Shown: piece after piece, positions 16,549 through 24,400 of the stretch | Numbering within the stretch: the first letter of the stretch is position 1 | Layout of the letters: each line of letters starts with the position of its first letter | NCBI GenBank assembly: GCA_014727915.1 | Contig: WJMO01000006.1 | Coordinates: forward strand, 265,882 to 329,881 | Length of the DNA: 64,000 nt | Reading direction: 5' to 3' | From: Candidatus Altiarchaeales archaeon | GTDB taxonomy: Archaea > Altiarchaeota > Altiarchaeia > IMC4 > SCGC-AAA252-I15 | Position numbers and translations under genes: made by a program | Notes under the pieces: model-generated | Told to the model about the DNA's origin: nothing | Seen by the model: only the letters and a program-made list of their open reading frames with translations | The model's database searches: none

Positions 16549-17703
16549 ATGGATTTCAGGAAGACCGGGCATGGAGTATGCCTCCCCGGTTTCAGGGCTG
16601 GAGGCGTGAAACGCGGCAAATACGGGGTGGCGTTGATAGTATCGGACATCGTCTGCGAGGCAGCTGTTGTTTCAACCAGGAACAACGTAAAAGCAGCCCC
16701 CCTAAGATACAACAGCAGGATATTGGAAAGCGGGGTGCAGGCTGTGGTGGCCAACTCCGGGAACGCCAACTGCTGTGTCCGGGAGGGAATCCGAGACGCT
16801 GAGTTGATGGCTGCTGAGGCTTCTGCGGAGTTGGGCGTCAAAGCAAGGGATGTTGCGGTGGCCTCGACCGGGATAATCGGCAGGAGGATGGACATGAAAT
16901 CCGTGAAAGCCCTCATAGTAGAGGCAGCAGCCAAGATCAGTCCAACGCCCAAGGGTAGCCTCCAGGCCGCCAAGGCCATCATGACCACCGACAAGAGGAT
17001 CAAGATGTACTCTGCAGAGTACAGGGGCATACGTGCGGGGGGCATATGCAAGGGCTCAGGCATGATATCACCGAACATGGCAACCATGCTGTGCTTCATC
17101 ACAACCAACGCCTCATTCCCCAAGTCAAAGCTGTCGGCCGCCTTGAAAGAGGCTGTGGAGGACAGCTTCAACATGATAAGCGTTGACGGGGACATGAGCA
17201 CCAACGACACCGTGCTGCTATTGTCGAACCGGACCGAAAAGTGCAGTTACGGGGATTTCAAAGCCTTGCTGAAGCACGTTTGCGTCGAGATGGCGAAGAT
17301 GATACCCCGGGACGGTGAAGGAGCCAGCAAGTTCATCGAAGTCGAGGTAAGAGGCGGCAGGTCCAATGCTGAGGCTAGGAAGGCTGTGAAGTCAGTGATC
17401 GACTCCACAATAACAAAGTGCGCTTTCTACGGTGAGAACCCCAACTGGGGCAGGATACTGTCTTCCATAGGTTCGGCTGTGAAATTCGACGAGATGAACG
17501 TGGACGTGACATTCCAATCGGGTAAGAAGTCCGCCAAGGTCTTTTCGGGGGGTAGATGCCGTCGGCTGGACAGTGCCAGGAAGATACTCGCCAACCGGAA
17601 CATCCGGGTGGTTGTAGACCTCCACAGGGGCAGGCACGGCGCCGTCGGTTGGATGTGCGACATCACCCCCGACTATGTGAGGATAAACGCGGAATACAAC
17701 TGA
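16549..17703 (+). CDS. argJ: glutamate N-acetyltransferase / amino-acid acetyltransferase
   Basis: The sequence is ArgJ-like over its full length. It includes the autoprocessing site PNMATMLCFITTNA. Confidence 0.95.
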   Translation: MDFRKTGHGVCLPGFRAGGVKRGKYGVALIVSDIVCEAAVVSTRNNVKAAPLRYNSRILESGVQAVVANSGNANCCVREGIRDAELMAAEASAELGVKARDVAVASTGIIGRRMDMKSVKALIVEAAAKISPTPKGSLQAAKAIMTTDKRIKMYSAEYRGIRAGGICKGSGMISPNMATMLCFITTNASFPKSKLSAALKEAVEDSFNMISVDGDMSTNDTVLLLSNRTEKCSYGDFKALLKHVCVEMAKMIPRDGEGASKFIEVEVRGGRSNAEARKAVKSVIDSTITKCAFYGENPNWGRILSSIGSAVKFDEMNVDVTFQSGKKSAKVFSGGRCRRLDSARKILANRNIRVVVDLHRGRHGAVGWMCDITPDYVRINAEYN

Positions 17704-17745
17704 AAGGTATTTATAGTAGTTAACGTTTATGTTGTTTGTTGTAAG

Positions 17746-18372
17746 ATGTATCGCATGTTCCGGAGCAGGGTGTTGGAGTATATCATATTGGCGAACGCGT
17801 TCATGTTCATCGTGAGACTGGCCGCTCCCGGTTTTGCCATAGACTATCTCGCCCTGACCCCGGCATATGTTCTGCGTATGCCATGGACGCTTTTGACGAA
17901 CATGTTCATACACGCGGACTTAATGCACATCTTCTTCAACATGTTCTTCGGCGTGTGGATGTTCGGAACATACCTGCAGAGGATAATAGGGGAGAAGGAG
18001 TTCACCAAAGTATACTTCGCGGGGGGTGTGGCTGCCGCCTTCTTCTACATATTCATGAGCCTGGCTTTCGGCATACCAGACCCGCGGACTGCGGCTGTGG
18101 GCGCCAGCGGAGCGGTCTTCGCCGTCATCGGCACGCTGGTGGTGTTGAAGCCGAACATGACCATCTACTTCAACTTCTTCTTCCCCATGCCACTGTGGGT
18201 GTTCGCCTCATTCTACTTGCTCTACAGCATCTTCGCGATCCCTGCGATGGGGGACGGCGGGGGAGTCGCTGTGACAGCTCACCTGGGAGGGCTGATAGCA
18301 GGGTTCATATTCGGGCAGAAGTACAAGAAAGGACACAGGGAGCCTGAGTACACTTACGTCAGATACTACTGA
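17746..18372 (+). CDS. rhomboid-family intramembrane serine protease
   Basis: Motifs present are HADLMHIFFNM (H..H..N), GASGAVFAVIG (GxSG) and AHLGGLIAG (catalytic His). Confidence 0.85.
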   Translation: MYRMFRSRVLEYIILANAFMFIVRLAAPGFAIDYLALTPAYVLRMPWTLLTNMFIHADLMHIFFNMFFGVWMFGTYLQRIIGEKEFTKVYFAGGVAAAFFYIFMSLAFGIPDPRTAAVGASGAVFAVIGTLVVLKPNMTIYFNFFFPMPLWVFASFYLLYSIFAIPAMGDGGGVAVTAHLGGLIAGFIFGQKYKKGHREPEYTYVRYY

Positions 18373-19241
18373 TCGGCAACAAGAGTGACGTTCCCGTTGG
18401 CTTTGTTGAAGTAGACGTGCTTGCCACCGTTATTCCCGTATTCTCCCTCGTATAGGACCCACAAACCGGTAGACCGTCTTCCGGCATCTAGTATCTCGTC
18501 GAGGACCACATCATCGTATGAGGTGAGGTAGGGGTCGTATCGGAGGGTCCAAACCATGCGCTTGCTGAAGTAGGTGGCATAGGAAGGGTTCAGACCGGAC
18601 TCTGAAACCGCCTGGTCGAGCGTCTTGTAGTCGTCACCTGCCATGAAGGAGGCAGCCAGCAACAATGCGAGTATGAAGGCCCCTACGACTGCCGTCTTCC
18701 TCGCCTCCGATCTACTGTCTACCCTCCCTGAAGTGACCTCGACTATCCGGGAGGAGAAGAAGTAGACCAGGCCAAAACCGAACAATATGCCTGTCAACAT
18801 CCTAATCTCATTGTTGGACTCCCTCAGAGAGAGTATCGTCTGGGTCACGCCGTCAACCGCCAGGGGAGTCAGGGATGCAAGGAGGAACAGGGGGGACTTC
18901 ATGGGCTTCGGCAGCCTGACTTTCAGCAAAGGAGCCAATCCACCCATCATGCAGCCGAGGTATATTCCCGTGTCCCGGGCGCAGAATGGCATGGGGTAAC
19001 CGCCGATGAACAGGGTTCGCTGGGGCATCTGATGACAGTTGGATGTGAGATATCCAAAGTTGTAGGCGAGCATTGACACGCCGAACAGCAGCCGGTTATC
19101 GGACGTTGCCAGGACTGGCGTCAGGAAGAACCATGCTAGTATGATGGCGTCCAACATCACATAAACTAGCAGGAGCATGTATAGGGTCTCCAGCACCGCG
19201 CGTCTCTCCAGCTGCCTTGCTATGAATGCGGGATATCTCAT
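18366..19241 (-). CDS. DUF2085-like membrane protein
   Basis: The sequence SNCHQMPQRTLFIGGYPMPFCARDTGIYLG matches the CHQ.p.Rsf...g...P.CARCtGiy signature of DUF2085. Confidence 0.7.
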   Translation of the reverse strand: MRYPAFIARQLERRAVLETLYMLLLVYVMLDAIILAWFFLTPVLATSDNRLLFGVSMLAYNFGYLTSNCHQMPQRTLFIGGYPMPFCARDTGIYLGCMMGGLAPLLKVRLPKPMKSPLFLLASLTPLAVDGVTQTILSLRESNNEIRMLTGILFGFGLVYFFSSRIVEVTSGRVDSRSEARKTAVVGAFILALLLAASFMAGDDYKTLDQAVSESGLNPSYATYFSKRMVWTLRYDPYLTSYDDVVLDEILDAGRRSTGLWVLYEGEYGNNGGKHVYFNKANGNVTLVADQ

Positions 19242-19771
19242 TTGAACCTGTTGTATGAGATCACATCGCCCCGATCTTTCCTGGGCTTGGGTTCAGGATC
19301 TTCATCCGCGTATCCGAAGGCTAGAAGGGCGAGCGGGTCGAACGGAGATTCAATACCTAGAATTTCCATGAACTCCCTCTTCCCGATGCCGTCCATGGGC
19401 GCGGTCATTATCAAACTACCGAGTCCAGAGTCTGCCGCCTGCAATAGCATGTTCTCGCAGGCGAGCATCGTCGACAGCTCAGCCACCGGCTTAGACGAAT
19501 CACAGCATGCCAGAACCAGGGACCCGCGGTCGATGAATGACGAATCCTGTTTGTAGAGTCCCATACGGTCCCTTGCCCTGTCATAGACCGCCCTCACCCT
19601 GGCCTTCAACTGCCTGTCGTCGACTGCAATGAACTTCCAAGGCTGCAGGTTCAAACCGCTGGGAGCCCACCGCCCAGCCTCCAATATCCCATCCAAAACA
19701 TCCCTTGGAACCTCTTTTTCCTTGAATTTTCGGATGCTGCGGCGCTTAAGCGCCAGCTCTTGGAAATCCAT
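19238..19771 (-). CDS. nitroreductase-family protein
   Basis: The N-terminal motif is KRRSIRKFKEKEVP. The size (177 aa) and layout fit the family. The gene overlaps the downstream gene by ATGA. Confidence 0.85.
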   Translation of the reverse strand: MDFQELALKRRSIRKFKEKEVPRDVLDGILEAGRWAPSGLNLQPWKFIAVDDRQLKARVRAVYDRARDRMGLYKQDSSFIDRGSLVLACCDSSKPVAELSTMLACENMLLQAADSGLGSLIMTAPMDGIGKREFMEILGIESPFDPLALLAFGYADEDPEPKPRKDRGDVISYNRFK

Positions 19772-19833
19772 GGAATACCATTTACCTTCTGTTTTTATAA
19801 CAGCAACCCCAATATGTTACTTGGTTGACGGTG

Positions 19834-20067
19834 ATGGATGTCAAGGTTTATTCTACGCCCACATGCCCCTGGTGCAAGCGCGTAAAGGAGTTCCTAAAGG
19901 CCAGGAACGTCGAATTCGAGGATGTTGACGTGGCAGGCAACCAGGAGGCCGCCCAGGAGATGGTGAAGAAGAGCGGGCAGATGGGCGTTCCAGTGATCGA
20001 AGTCGGTGAGACCATTATCGTGGGCTTCGACGAGGAAGCACTGAAGAAGGCATTGAAGCTGGAGTAA
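19834..20067 (+). CDS. glutaredoxin-like protein
   Basis: The sequence MDVKVYSTPTCPWCKRVKEFL carries a CPWC active site. GVPVIEVG is also present. The track starts at a TTG at 19825. Confidence 0.85.
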   Translation: MDVKVYSTPTCPWCKRVKEFLKARNVEFEDVDVAGNQEAAQEMVKKSGQMGVPVIEVGETIIVGFDEEALKKALKLE

Positions 20068-20068
20068 A

Positions 20069-20266
20069 ATGGTGAAGTACGTTATCGAATTCAACAGGGA
20101 TGCTTGTATCGGCTGCGGAGCCTGCGAGAAAGCCTGCGACAACTGGGTAATCCAAGAAGACGGCAAGAGCAAACCCAAAAAGGCGGAATTGGACGAGGTC
20201 GGGTGCAACAAGGACGCCGCCGACATATGCCCCGTCGCCTGCATAAAAATAAACGAGAAAAAGTAA
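20069..20266 (+). CDS. small 4Fe-4S ferredoxin
   Basis: Motifs present are CIGCGACEKAC and a distal CPVACI. The gene starts 1 nt after the glutaredoxin stop. Confidence 0.8.
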   Translation: MVKYVIEFNRDACIGCGACEKACDNWVIQEDGKSKPKKAELDEVGCNKDAADICPVACIKINEKK

Positions 20267-20277
20267 ATAATGAAGGT

Positions 20278-20316
20278 TTGGGGTTTATCCAACCCCAATA
20301 AAAAAAATATTTTTTA
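20278..20316. terminator. bidirectional terminator (hairpin plus oligo-A/T)
   Basis: A perfect 8-bp stem TTGGGGTT / AACCCCAA (20278..20285 and 20291..20298) encloses the loop tatcc. It is followed by taaaaaaaatatttttt. It sits between convergent genes. Confidence 0.5.
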
Positions 20317-20625
20317 GTCTTCTAGGTCTTCGTTCAGGTCTGCCTGGTCGGAGTCCTCTGAGACTGTCTCCTCGTCCGCGCCGGTAGGCCCGCCGTCGTC
20401 GACCGTTATCACAGCCTGCAGTTTCTCGATTAACCCGTTGACTATGTCCTCCTCTGGCGGGAACCCTATGCCGCCCCTGTACCTCCTCTCGCCGTCTGGG
20501 AGGTAGTATCCCTTGGAGATGTTCAGGAAAACAGCGTTGTCTGGTTTGACGCGCTTCTTGCTTACCTCTATGAACTTGTTGCGTCCATAGTCCACGTACT
20601 CGCTTGCAATTGTCTCGTATTCCAT
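20314..20625 (-). CDS. hypothetical small protein with acidic C-terminal tail
   Basis: The 103-aa protein has a beta-rich N-terminal ~70 aa (NKFIEVSKKRVKPDNAVFLNISKGYYLPDGERRYRGGIGFPPEE), faintly PC4/ssDNA-binding-like. The tail is DEETVSEDSDQADLNEDLED. Confidence 0.6.
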   Translation of the reverse strand: MEYETIASEYVDYGRNKFIEVSKKRVKPDNAVFLNISKGYYLPDGERRYRGGIGFPPEEDIVNGLIEKLQAVITVDDGGPTGADEETVSEDSDQADLNEDLED

Positions 20626-20697
20626 TTCAAATACCTCTTCTATAGAGTCTAGTTTATAAGTAATATCCTTTATAATTTAAATAGGAGGGCTGGAAGG
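20626..20697. promoter_or_regulatory. divergent promoter region of pilin locus 2
   Basis: There are two TATA-like boxes, gtttataag (20652..20660) and tttataatttaaata (20669..20683). A GGAGGG sequence (20684..20689) lies 8 nt before the TTG start at 20698. Confidence 0.4.
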
Positions 20698-21123
20698 TTG
20701 GACAAAAGAGGTCAGGCTTCGCTGGAATACATGGTAATGCTGGCATTGTCACTGGTTGTCTTCTCCGCCGTGCTGTATGTAACTGGTATGCTGATAAGCA
20801 CCAGCAGCATACAGGTGGGGGTGGACTCCGCCCACCGGGCGGTGGAGAAGATGAGGAGCTCCGCGGACTTCGTGTACGTCCACGGACACCCCTCAAGGAC
20901 TGAAATAAACGTTTACATGCCTCCGAACATCGAGGAAGTCAGCATCCCGGAGACCAACAACAGCATACGCGCCCGCGTGTCGGTCGGCGACACCTACACG
21001 GACATATACAGCGTCTCCAAGGGAAGCATATACGGCGACCTATCGCAGCTGGACAAGGAAGGCTACTACGTGCTACGCGTTGAATCCACTTCAGAACACG
21101 ACATAAACTTCACGCTGATATAG
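20698..21123 (+). CDS. pilin-like protein, type A' (class III signal peptide)
   Basis: The gene has a TTG start preceded by a Shine-Dalgarno-like sequence. The N-terminus is MDKRGQASLEYMVMLALSLVVFSAVL. It is a paralogue of 1..341. Confidence 0.75.
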   Translation: MDKRGQASLEYMVMLALSLVVFSAVLYVTGMLISTSSIQVGVDSAHRAVEKMRSSADFVYVHGHPSRTEINVYMPPNIEEVSIPETNNSIRARVSVGDTYTDIYSVSKGSIYGDLSQLDKEGYYVLRVESTSEHDINFTLI

Positions 21124-21127
21124 GCTC

Positions 21128-22102
21128 ATGAATAAACCATGGAAGAAGCGGGGACAGGTTAGCATAGAGTTCATGATAGTATTGGGGATAGTACTGACCA
21201 TCTTCATAATACTGGGCTACATCGTCTACAGGAACTACGTCAAGACAAGCGACCTTAAGGTCTACATATACGGCGTGCGATTGGCCAATCACATAGCGGA
21301 CAACATAAACACCATAAACGCCGTGGGAGAAGGTCACAGCACCTCCTTCAGCCTGCCGCCAAGCCTTTACGGAAACAGGGGATACAGCGTCAGCTTCTAC
21401 GAGAACTCTTCAACCGTCTATGTAGTGGGCACCAGCTTCTCACGCGGCGGGGGAGCGGTGACCTTCAGCAGCCCCATATCAACGGCGAACATCAACTGCC
21501 TGCTGGGAGAATGCAATATGGGATGCAATACGAGCCGGGTGGAGCAGTGCATCGCCGTTAACCGGAGCCTTGACATACGGCTTGTGAAGTACCAGGGAGG
21601 GATCTACATGACACAGGAGAACAATGTCATGCAGGCCAGTTCGGAGGGGTCCATCTCACCATTCACGGGAGAGGGGGATGTTACCGTTGGCAGCATACCA
21701 TCTTTCGTCGAGGTTGGAGAGGACTGGAACGTCATGTACGTCCACCATAACAGGTTAGACGACACAGTAAGCCTTGTGATAAGCCTCAACATCACCTCAG
21801 GGGATGCTGCAGAATACAACATATATGATATGGTAGGTGAGGTGTTGGAGGTGCAATCCAACGAGGCAGACCCCCAGAACCCCGAATTCAGCCTTAGCCG
21901 GCCTTTAGAGGGAGCCTGGAACAATGACCTGGGAGGGCTTGGAGACGTTGACGGGGCTGTTCTGAAGTTCAGGGACGGATTCCACCTCTGCATAGAGTCC
22001 GGTAGCGGCACTATGACTTCCAGCGACTGGAAGGTGGTCAGCTCGGACGGCAGTAGCATGCTCTTGGACAAGGAGGAGGACGTGTGCCTAGCATACCCGT
22101 GA
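21128..22102 (+). CDS. pilin-like protein, type B' (expanded)
   Basis: The N-terminus is KKRGQVSIEFMIVLGIVLTIFIIL. The first ~110 aa are collinear with 345..770, followed by a ~200-aa extra C-terminal domain. Confidence 0.75.
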   Translation: MNKPWKKRGQVSIEFMIVLGIVLTIFIILGYIVYRNYVKTSDLKVYIYGVRLANHIADNINTINAVGEGHSTSFSLPPSLYGNRGYSVSFYENSSTVYVVGTSFSRGGGAVTFSSPISTANINCLLGECNMGCNTSRVEQCIAVNRSLDIRLVKYQGGIYMTQENNVMQASSEGSISPFTGEGDVTVGSIPSFVEVGEDWNVMYVHHNRLDDTVSLVISLNITSGDAAEYNIYDMVGEVLEVQSNEADPQNPEFSLSRPLEGAWNNDLGGLGDVDGAVLKFRDGFHLCIESGSGTMTSSDWKVVSSDGSSMLLDKEEDVCLAYP

Positions 22103-22104
22103 AG

Positions 22105-24396
22105 ATGGAGAGAGGACAGATATTCACATGGGACCTGGTGTTCGGGATATCCGTATTCCTGATGACATTGTTCATCGTGACGCACGTGTGGAACAGCTCA
22201 TACAACGACCTAAGGCACGCTGAAGAGGAGTATGAGATGAACTGGCTTGCAGAAACCATCTCAGAACAGCTTGTGAGAACGGCCGGGGACCCGCTGAACT
22301 GGAGTCAAGGGCACGTGTTCGCCTTCGGCCTGGCGGAGGTCAAGGAAGGCCAGAGCAAATACGACAGCAGAGTGCTGGACGCCGACAAGATGCTCAAACT
22401 GGTAAGCAACTTCGGAGAGGACTATGAGGCTGCCAGGAACAACCTGCTAGGATCGAGCAAATACGAGATATACATAGAGTTCTCATGCGTAAACCGATCG
22501 GACCTAACATGCCTTCAGGGGCTTTTCCTGGACGAAATCAACGACCCAGTATCATGTGAGAACTATGTAATCGGGGTGAAGGACATGGTCACCAGCAGCT
22601 ACATATGGCTGGAGGCGGAGGATGAGTGGGGCAACTGGGAGGAATCCTACTGCTGGGAGGGGTGCAGCGGAGGCAACATGAGCCTGGTCCCCGACGGGAT
22701 CGAAGCGGATCTGAGCATGGACCCAGGGCTGTACCAGATGTGGGCTAGGGTGGTAGACCAGCAGACGAGCGCAGAGATGGTAGTGGACGGGCTGGCACAC
22801 CCGCTTCACCCGGATTCCGTGCCCGGGCCTGTCGGTTGGAAGTGGATAGGAGCTCAAGACCTCGGGAAAACAGCCAGGGTCCGCTTTGAGAAGACCGAAG
22901 GGGACATAGTAGACGCCCTGCTATTCACCACTGACCTCTTCTACGACCCCTCTCTGATAAACACCGAAGAATACGGGAACCCCGTTACATCCGACAAGTG
23001 CGTTATAGGGAAGGTCGGCAGGGGCCGCAACCACGTCACCGCAACCAAGAACGCTGTATTCGGGATGCCTGCAAAGGGCAGGGAGGTGATAACAGGGACG
23101 GCGGATAGGCTGGACAAGGAGTTGAACATGAAAGTCGTCGTCTGGACAGGCGAGGAACTGCCAGCCCGGGAGATGACAGGAACCGTAGGGACGAGCTCTA
23201 CGACATCCACCACCCTGCCTAAATGGATAGACTGCGAGGGTAGCCCAACGCCCGTGGAACCGTTGGAGGAATGCGAGTACGATTCTCACTCCATAGACAT
23301 AAGGAACATAACGCTATGGGGCCTCAATGGAATGAGCAGGGTCATCCGATGCGGGAGCGAGAAGAACCTCACAGTAAAGTGGCGTGGTAAGCACAGCAAC
23401 CACCCCAACTACTTCGCATTCTACCTTGACGACAGCCAACAGTACCTCGGGTCATGCCAGAGCGACAACACAGCGGAAGAGCTGATGGGAGAGGTCTACG
23501 ACTATGTCATGAACTGCACCATAGACATACCCGACGGGGACAGCTTCCCAGTCAAGGACGGATACCACGACTTCATAGTTACAGGCGAGGACTACGCAGG
23601 ATACTGCCCGCCAAGCCCCGGCGAGTTCTACGCAGACGATGAGGAGTCGACGAGAGTGGACGTCACGGAATGCATGGACTACACTAGCCTATCCTGCTCT
23701 CAGACCTCAGGAGTCGCGCTTAGGTGCGGAAGCGCAAGCGGTACGGTCGAGGAAGTATACGACGTAGAAGTGAGCGAACTAAACTGCGGATTCTTGAACC
23801 AGGTGGTGGTAAGGTGGGGTGGAACCCACGGAGCAGACAAGGAGGTATACTGGACTTTCGTCGTCGACACAGGAGAGGGTTTCAAGTGCCTTGGAACCTG
23901 CAAGTCGTCGGTGGACCCAGAGGACGGGCCAGGCAGGGAAGACTATGAGATGACATGTGACCTGAACCTGAACAACCTGGACTGTCTCGGAGACCCATAC
24001 AACATAGAAGGGGACTACTGGTTCTACGCAATCGCGGAATCAGACAACAGGGACTACTGCAGCCTGCCCAACAGTCCGGACGCTGAGGCGGTTGGCAGGA
24101 CCGGTAATCAGGTGACGGTGAACTGCATCCTATCCGGGAGCTACGTGCTCGTGAAATACTACGTTGACGTGGCGGTAGCGACCGGGTCGGAGCTGTGGAC
24201 GGACACCTCTGGGACATGGGAGGTGACGGCCACGGTCAGCCCGCTCGACCCGCCGACGGAAGGGGAGCACATGGCATTGATAGACGATATCGAACCCGGG
24301 GTTTACGAGTGGAACATCAAACTCTCCCCCGAGGGTGTGAAGCCGTTGACCAATGATTTCTTATACGATGAAAATCAAGAGTTAATAGTGGAGTAA
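22105..24396 (+). CDS. pilin-like protein, type C' with lectin-like and Cys-rich C-terminal domains
   Basis: The ATG at 22105 lies 2 nt after the B' stop (the track GTG at 22084 overlaps B'). The N-terminus is MERGQIFTWDLVFGISVFLMTLFIV. Motifs DPLNW..FGLAE..VLD are shared with 772..1281. A CBM6/35-like segment YIWLEAEDEW..SGG..LYQMWARV..GWKWIG..DALLFTTD lies at about 22600..22950. Confidence 0.7.
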   Translation: MERGQIFTWDLVFGISVFLMTLFIVTHVWNSSYNDLRHAEEEYEMNWLAETISEQLVRTAGDPLNWSQGHVFAFGLAEVKEGQSKYDSRVLDADKMLKLVSNFGEDYEAARNNLLGSSKYEIYIEFSCVNRSDLTCLQGLFLDEINDPVSCENYVIGVKDMVTSSYIWLEAEDEWGNWEESYCWEGCSGGNMSLVPDGIEADLSMDPGLYQMWARVVDQQTSAEMVVDGLAHPLHPDSVPGPVGWKWIGAQDLGKTARVRFEKTEGDIVDALLFTTDLFYDPSLINTEEYGNPVTSDKCVIGKVGRGRNHVTATKNAVFGMPAKGREVITGTADRLDKELNMKVVVWTGEELPAREMTGTVGTSSTTSTTLPKWIDCEGSPTPVEPLEECEYDSHSIDIRNITLWGLNGMSRVIRCGSEKNLTVKWRGKHSNHPNYFAFYLDDSQQYLGSCQSDNTAEELMGEVYDYVMNCTIDIPDGDSFPVKDGYHDFIVTGEDYAGYCPPSPGEFYADDEESTRVDVTECMDYTSLSCSQTSGVALRCGSASGTVEEVYDVEVSELNCGFLNQVVVRWGGTHGADKEVYWTFVVDTGEGFKCLGTCKSSVDPEDGPGREDYEMTCDLNLNNLDCLGDPYNIEGDYWFYAIAESDNRDYCSLPNSPDAEAVGRTGNQVTVNCILSGSYVLVKYYVDVAVATGSELWTDTSGTWEVTATVSPLDPPTEGEHMALIDDIEPGVYEWNIKLSPEGVKPLTNDFLYDENQELIVE

Positions 24397-24400
24397 TGTC

